From an uncultured Methanoregulaceae archaeon (GTDB taxonomy: Archaea > Halobacteriota > Methanomicrobia > Methanomicrobiales > Methanospirillaceae), in the NCBI GenBank assembly GCA_963790395.1, contig CAWBOH010000005.1:11911-75910 (forward strand): 64,000 bases of DNA. Direction: 5' to 3'. The position numbers and the translations under genes were made by a program. Each line of letters begins with the position of its first letter. The stretch's first letter is position 1. This document shows, piece by piece, positions 59,912-64,000 of the stretch. The notes below the pieces were generated by a model. It was not told the origin of the DNA. It searched no databases and saw only the letters and a program-made list of their open reading frames with translations.

Positions 59912-60640
59912 TTACCGGGGTTTTTTCCCACTTACAAAGATATTATAGGCCAGCTGGGGAACACGCTTCTCCACGAATGGTTCGATCTTCTGAGCCAGGA
60001 GGAACAGTGGATCAATCATATCGATATGGGCAAAAGAACACCATTTAACCTCGATATCTGAAAAGCCGGCCCGGGAAAAGAGCCCATCCATTTCAGCCTC
60101 ATTATAATAGTGTTCCCCGAAATCCTTCATAACAACATGTTTCACGTTAATCTTTTCCCCGATATGGTATATCGCCGGTATTCCACGGGTAAGTAATTTC
60201 TTCCCCAAAGTACAGATTGCGATTGAACCCCCGGGTTTTAAAACCCGGAATGCTTCCCGCATCATAGAGTCGGGATCTTTTACATAACTGAATACCAGCA
60301 GGCTGGAGATTGCATCAAATGAATTGTCACAAAATGGGATTTTTTCCCCGATCCCGATCGTAAAATCGCATGTTCTGCATCTGCGCCGTGCCTGTTCGAT
60401 CATTTTTCTGCTGATATCGAGCCCGATGGCAGTTCCTCCGGCTTCAATATATCGGTTGACAAAGAGACCTGTCCCGCAACCGATATCAAGGAGTCTGCCA
60501 CCTTGCGGTAGCACTTTCATAATCTGGGTGCTTATGTGTTTATGATAGCTTCGTCCCCGGTGCTGGTCATAATGGTGATCATACACATCAGCAATAGTAT
60601 CGTAATGTTCCTGAATTTTTATCTGCTTGACAGCACTCAT
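59912..60640 (-). CDS. Class I SAM-dependent methyltransferase (UbiE-like)
   Basis: LLDIGCGTG, GLDIS, PFCDNSFD, RVLKPGG. Confidence 0.9.
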   Translation of the reverse strand: MSAVKQIKIQEHYDTIADVYDHHYDQHRGRSYHKHISTQIMKVLPQGGRLLDIGCGTGLFVNRYIEAGGTAIGLDISRKMIEQARRRCRTCDFTIGIGEKIPFCDNSFDAISSLLVFSYVKDPDSMMREAFRVLKPGGSIAICTLGKKLLTRGIPAIYHIGEKINVKHVVMKDFGEHYYNEAEMDGLFSRAGFSDIEVKWCSFAHIDMIDPLFLLAQKIEPFVEKRVPQLAYNIFVSGKKPR

Positions 60641-61632
60641 ATAAAGACCTCAGAAATTCCGGAGACAAATGCTCCAATCTGGACAAATTCATTGTTTCCG
60701 TGGCGTATGCGGATCTCAGCGTCAGCGAGTGCAATTGAAAGGGCGGGGTGATTATACTCACGCTGCGTGATGGAACGAATTTCAGAGAGCACTTCACTTC
60801 CGGTAAGTCCGTAGTCAATCATCAACGACTCAAGACGACGGATCGCATTCCGCACATCACCTTTTTTGAGAGCATCGATAGCCGAAGCGGTTACATTTGC
60901 TGTTTCTGACTGTGCAATTGCAAAGAGATCCTTGCATCGTCCCGCTTCAAGAGCAACCTGGAGGAGCAGGAGTGCCCGGCGCATGTCGCCCTGTGCCACC
61001 TGAACGATCAATTCAAGATCATCATCGGAACAAGGATGTGTTCCCGAATTTTCCTGTTCCCTGATGGTTCTGAGATATTCGAGCATGATATTCTGGTCGA
61101 CAGGAGAAAAGAAGAGGGGCAGGCACCGTGATGTAACCGGTGTGATGAGCGCACTCTGATTTGTTGTAGTAAAGGCAAACCGGCAAGTATTGCTTGTGCG
61201 TTCCATAATCCTTCTCAGGGCCTGCTGGGCATCCTTTGTCAGGGTGTGTGCATCTTCAAAAACCATCAGCTTGAATTCTGCATCAAGCGGCCGGAGAGAA
61301 GCATACCATTTGATAATATATTTAAAATTCGTTATCAGAGACTGGTTTTTCTGATAGAGATGCGCATATCGATCATCCTGTTCAAGGTATGCTTTTCCCT
61401 GTAAAAAGAGATCTGCCGTCTGGAAAATTGAGGTATTTAACTCCCAGTTTTCCTTATACAGCATTTTTGCGAAGCATTCAATCGCGATACTTTTTCCAGT
61501 GCCGTGCGGTCCGGTCAGAATCAGGTGAGGAATGGTTTTGGATGCTGCAAATGATGAGAGGCGGTGGATTACCGGATCCTGACCTACGATATCAGTCAGG
61601 GTTTCCGGGCGATATCTCTCAATCCAGAGCAT
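60637..61632 (-). CDS. rfcS: Replication factor C small subunit (divergent second small subunit type)
   Basis: LWIERYRP, GPHGTGKS, QQALRRIME, SRC, GDMRRA. Confidence 0.88.
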   Translation of the reverse strand: MLWIERYRPETLTDIVGQDPVIHRLSSFAASKTIPHLILTGPHGTGKSIAIECFAKMLYKENWELNTSIFQTADLFLQGKAYLEQDDRYAHLYQKNQSLITNFKYIIKWYASLRPLDAEFKLMVFEDAHTLTKDAQQALRRIMERTSNTCRFAFTTTNQSALITPVTSRCLPLFFSPVDQNIMLEYLRTIREQENSGTHPCSDDDLELIVQVAQGDMRRALLLLQVALEAGRCKDLFAIAQSETANVTASAIDALKKGDVRNAIRRLESLMIDYGLTGSEVLSEIRSITQREYNHPALSIALADAEIRIRHGNNEFVQIGAFVSGISEVFI

Positions 61633-62350
61633 AGGATAACCTCAAAGTCATTTCACGTATTGCTTCTGATAAAAGATAATGATTGTCAACCGAACTGATG
61701 AGATTAATTTTTTCGGGCTCAGAAATCTCCTGACAGGCATGAGTAATATGGGGGAGAGCGCGGGTCAGTTCGTCCACAATTGTAAGTGTCGCAAATCGCG
61801 CGGTGCGGGAGAGGGGATTGAGATCGATAGCGATTACAGTTTTTCCCATATTTACAAGAGCCTCACAGCGGTCTCCATCTTCAAGAGGAACGAGGACAAC
61901 ATCTGCAGAGAATATTCCGTCGCGGCGGCACCAGGCCCGGTCATGGGAAAGTGGAAGTAATTGTTCTGCACTGCCAGAAGATACATCCACTCCGGATTCT
62001 CTGAGAAAATCCTCTATTTTATTGATGCGTAATTCAGTACGGTGAAAAAGGTTTACTTCAACGCGGGCTCCGGACGCTTTCTGCAGCGCAGAAATTTCGG
62101 GCGCTGCAAGTGCCGCAGTGTTTCCGTTCACCGAGATAACCGGGTGGTGAGCTGTCATGAGGAAGGCCGCAGCAGTCCTCTCAGCGATCAAGGCACTCCC
62201 GGTAGTCCTTTCCCCAATCAGATAATCAAATGCTTCACCGCGTCCATGAGCTGTCAGGCCTTCCATGGCAACTATACCTTTTTGAGCACATTTTGCAAGT
62301 CGTGCACGGGTAATAAGCGAACGATAGCGGGGGTGATCAGCTGGTATCAT
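61619..62350 (-). CDS. Phosphopantothenate synthetase
   Basis: HPRYRSL, AHGRGEAFDYLIGE, SVNGN, VPLEDGDR, IDLNPLSRT. Confidence 0.93.
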   Translation of the reverse strand: MIPADHPRYRSLITRARLAKCAQKGIVAMEGLTAHGRGEAFDYLIGERTTGSALIAERTAAAFLMTAHHPVISVNGNTAALAAPEISALQKASGARVEVNLFHRTELRINKIEDFLRESGVDVSSGSAEQLLPLSHDRAWCRRDGIFSADVVLVPLEDGDRCEALVNMGKTVIAIDLNPLSRTARFATLTIVDELTRALPHITHACQEISEPEKINLISSVDNHYLLSEAIREMTLRLSYALD

Positions 62351-63225
62351 GTGGTGTCCTCCAGGATATGGGCTCCGGTAGCTGAAACACGGAGTTCATA
62401 GACATGACCAAAAGATAAAAGCACATCTCGTGCTTTGCTTCCATAAGCAAAAATCCCATTGCCCAGCATTGTCATGCTTGAGGGGATGCCTGCAGCATCA
62501 CAGAGCCGGGTTACCTCGCTTACTTCCGGTGTAATAAGACCACTCTGCTCGGCGAAACATCGTGAGAGAAGAAAAAAATCCGTGCTGTTCTCCGGTATCG
62601 TTTTGGGAAAAGCGTTGGATACGCGATCCATTTGTTCTGACGACCCCAGAACTGTCGGTGTATGAATTGGTCCAAAACTTACCGTATACAATGGTTCAGG
62701 CATGTCATATCTTCGTTCAATCCGTCCATGGATCCCCGGACCGGATCTGATAACCCTGCCTCCTCCCTGACAAGCTGCGACGTCCCCCAATCCGGTCCGG
62801 TGAGTAACCTCTGCAGCATGGGCACACTGTGCTATCTTCTCTGCATCCATTCCCAGGTCATAAAGTTGGTTCAGAGCTGTGAGGGTAGCAAGCAGTGCAG
62901 CAGCAGAGAGTCCGAACCCGGCACCAATCGGCAGTATGCATTCAGTGACAACAGATGCTGTCACGTTAAGATTTTCCATAACATGCTCGAGTAATGGTGA
63001 TCCGGAAGAAACCTCATATGCTGTTCCCTGTTGAGTTCTGCGCCTGATGCAGATCGATGTACGATCTGCGGGTTCAACAGTTGCAGTAACTCCTTCATTG
63101 ATGACAATCCCGGCGCCGACGCTCCCGGTAGTTGCAATCGTATCTCCCACTACTTTTTTGAAATATCCGGAAATATGACCCGGACAGAATGCGACAACAT
63201 GAGGTGGTTTCATAGATTGGTGCAC
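62347..63225 (-). CDS. Pantoate kinase (GHMP family)
   Basis: AFCPGHISGYF, PIGAGFGLSAA, TGLGDV, MTMLGNGIF. Confidence 0.92.
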   Translation of the reverse strand: MHQSMKPPHVVAFCPGHISGYFKKVVGDTIATTGSVGAGIVINEGVTATVEPADRTSICIRRRTQQGTAYEVSSGSPLLEHVMENLNVTASVVTECILPIGAGFGLSAAALLATLTALNQLYDLGMDAEKIAQCAHAAEVTHRTGLGDVAACQGGGRVIRSGPGIHGRIERRYDMPEPLYTVSFGPIHTPTVLGSSEQMDRVSNAFPKTIPENSTDFFLLSRCFAEQSGLITPEVSEVTRLCDAAGIPSSMTMLGNGIFAYGSKARDVLLSFGHVYELRVSATGAHILEDTT

Positions 63226-63409
63226 GCTTTTATAAGGATTATAGGGCGTTTTCCTTCATTAAAGAAACCCGGTATCGAGTGTAAAGGAAATGGCGTGAAA
63301 GGATCAAATCTGGATATAATTTCCCTGAAACTCCTTTAAAGTATCAAAAAATTACAAAAAACGAGGCATCTATCTTCACGTTCTATGAAATCATGATACT
63401 ACCTGATTT

Positions 63410-64000
63410 TCACGTATATGACTGAATAACAGCATTCCAGATGGCATTGGCAATTTCATCTTTTGTCCCGCTCAACGGGGTTTCCCCGGCTTGGGTCAGG
63501 AGAGTGTATTCCCCGTGTGAGCTCCCCATGCTTTCCGGGGTGTTTACCAGTACCATGGAGATTCCTTGCGCTATCATCGCCTTTCCCAATTTTAACTGGT
63601 TTATGCCTAGTTTGAATGCAATGATCCGGGAATTGTACTGTTGCATCACTTCAGCAAGTAATTTTGGAAGAGGCCTGAGGGTAAGCTTTACCTGCCTGCC
63701 GCTCGGAATTTTTCCCTTCACTTTGTCAGGCGCAAAATCAGAAATTGCTGCAGCACTGATGTAAATATCCACGTCCCTCCCAGAAAAACTACGGTGAACC
63801 GCACTCCTCATATCGTCAGCGGTTTCCACAAAAACATTTTCAACGCAGGGAATAGTGCTATTGTGGACAACGGTTACATCAGCCCCGAGCCGGTACGCCT
63901 GAAGGGCGAGTGCTCTTCCCATCTGTCCGCTTGACCTTGAGGTCAGCAAGCGGATATCATCAACCGGTTCCTGGCATGGCCCGCTGGTAATGAGAACTTT
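63410..64000 (-). CDS. coaBC: Bifunctional CoaBC (phosphopantothenate-cysteine ligase part), 5'-truncated by the window edge
   Basis: KVLITSGPCQEPVDDIRLLTSRSSGQMG, SAAAISDF, GKIPSG, IAFKL. Confidence 0.92.
   Translation of the reverse strand, partial: KVLITSGPCQEPVDDIRLLTSRSSGQMGRALALQAYRLGADVTVVHNSTIPCVENVFVETADDMRSAVHRSFSGRDVDIYISAAAISDFAPDKVKGKIPSGRQVKLTLRPLPKLLAEVMQQYNSRIIAFKLGINQLKLGKAMIAQGISMVLVNTPESMGSSHGEYTLLTQAGETPLSGTKDEIANAIWNAVIQSYT

Noticed and set aside
17-63764. Many short antisense or alternate-frame ORFs in the track
   Set aside because: They lie within well-supported genes and show no recognisable motifs

Overview
Chromosomal window of a methanogenic archaeon; gene content and order point to Methanomicrobiales, Methanoregula-like (inference). 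1-6.8 kb: biotin and pyruvate carboxylase operon (DUF2111-birA-bioY-ecfA-ecfA-ecfT-pycB-pycA) with a clear BirA-type operator. 7.3-17.2 kb: three large secreted proteins (LVIVD/IPT/PKD/Ig, PQQ-like propeller, C1A cysteine protease) that all carry the same six-copy 46-aa repeat module and lack an obvious membrane anchor. 17.5-46.9 kb: a surface-glycan locus with eight GT2/GT4 glycosyltransferases, a flippase-like and a GT-C-like membrane protein, five class I methyltransferase genes, a B12 radical SAM enzyme, Wzm/Wzt export and an AglB whose WWDYG motif reads VWDAG. One unannotated ~110-aa domain recurs in four proteins of this locus. 47-64 kb: housekeeping genes (archease/rtcB, secF/secD, thioredoxin, F420:NADP reductase, aglJ, rubredoxin, pilin, RFC, CoA synthesis) and a 211-bp MITE with 12-bp TIRs, an 8-bp target duplication and a structured core. 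Eight +1 frameshifts all look like two SNP alleles written side by side, so they are probably assembly artefacts rather than pseudogenes. No rRNA, tRNA, CRISPR array or transposase was seen.
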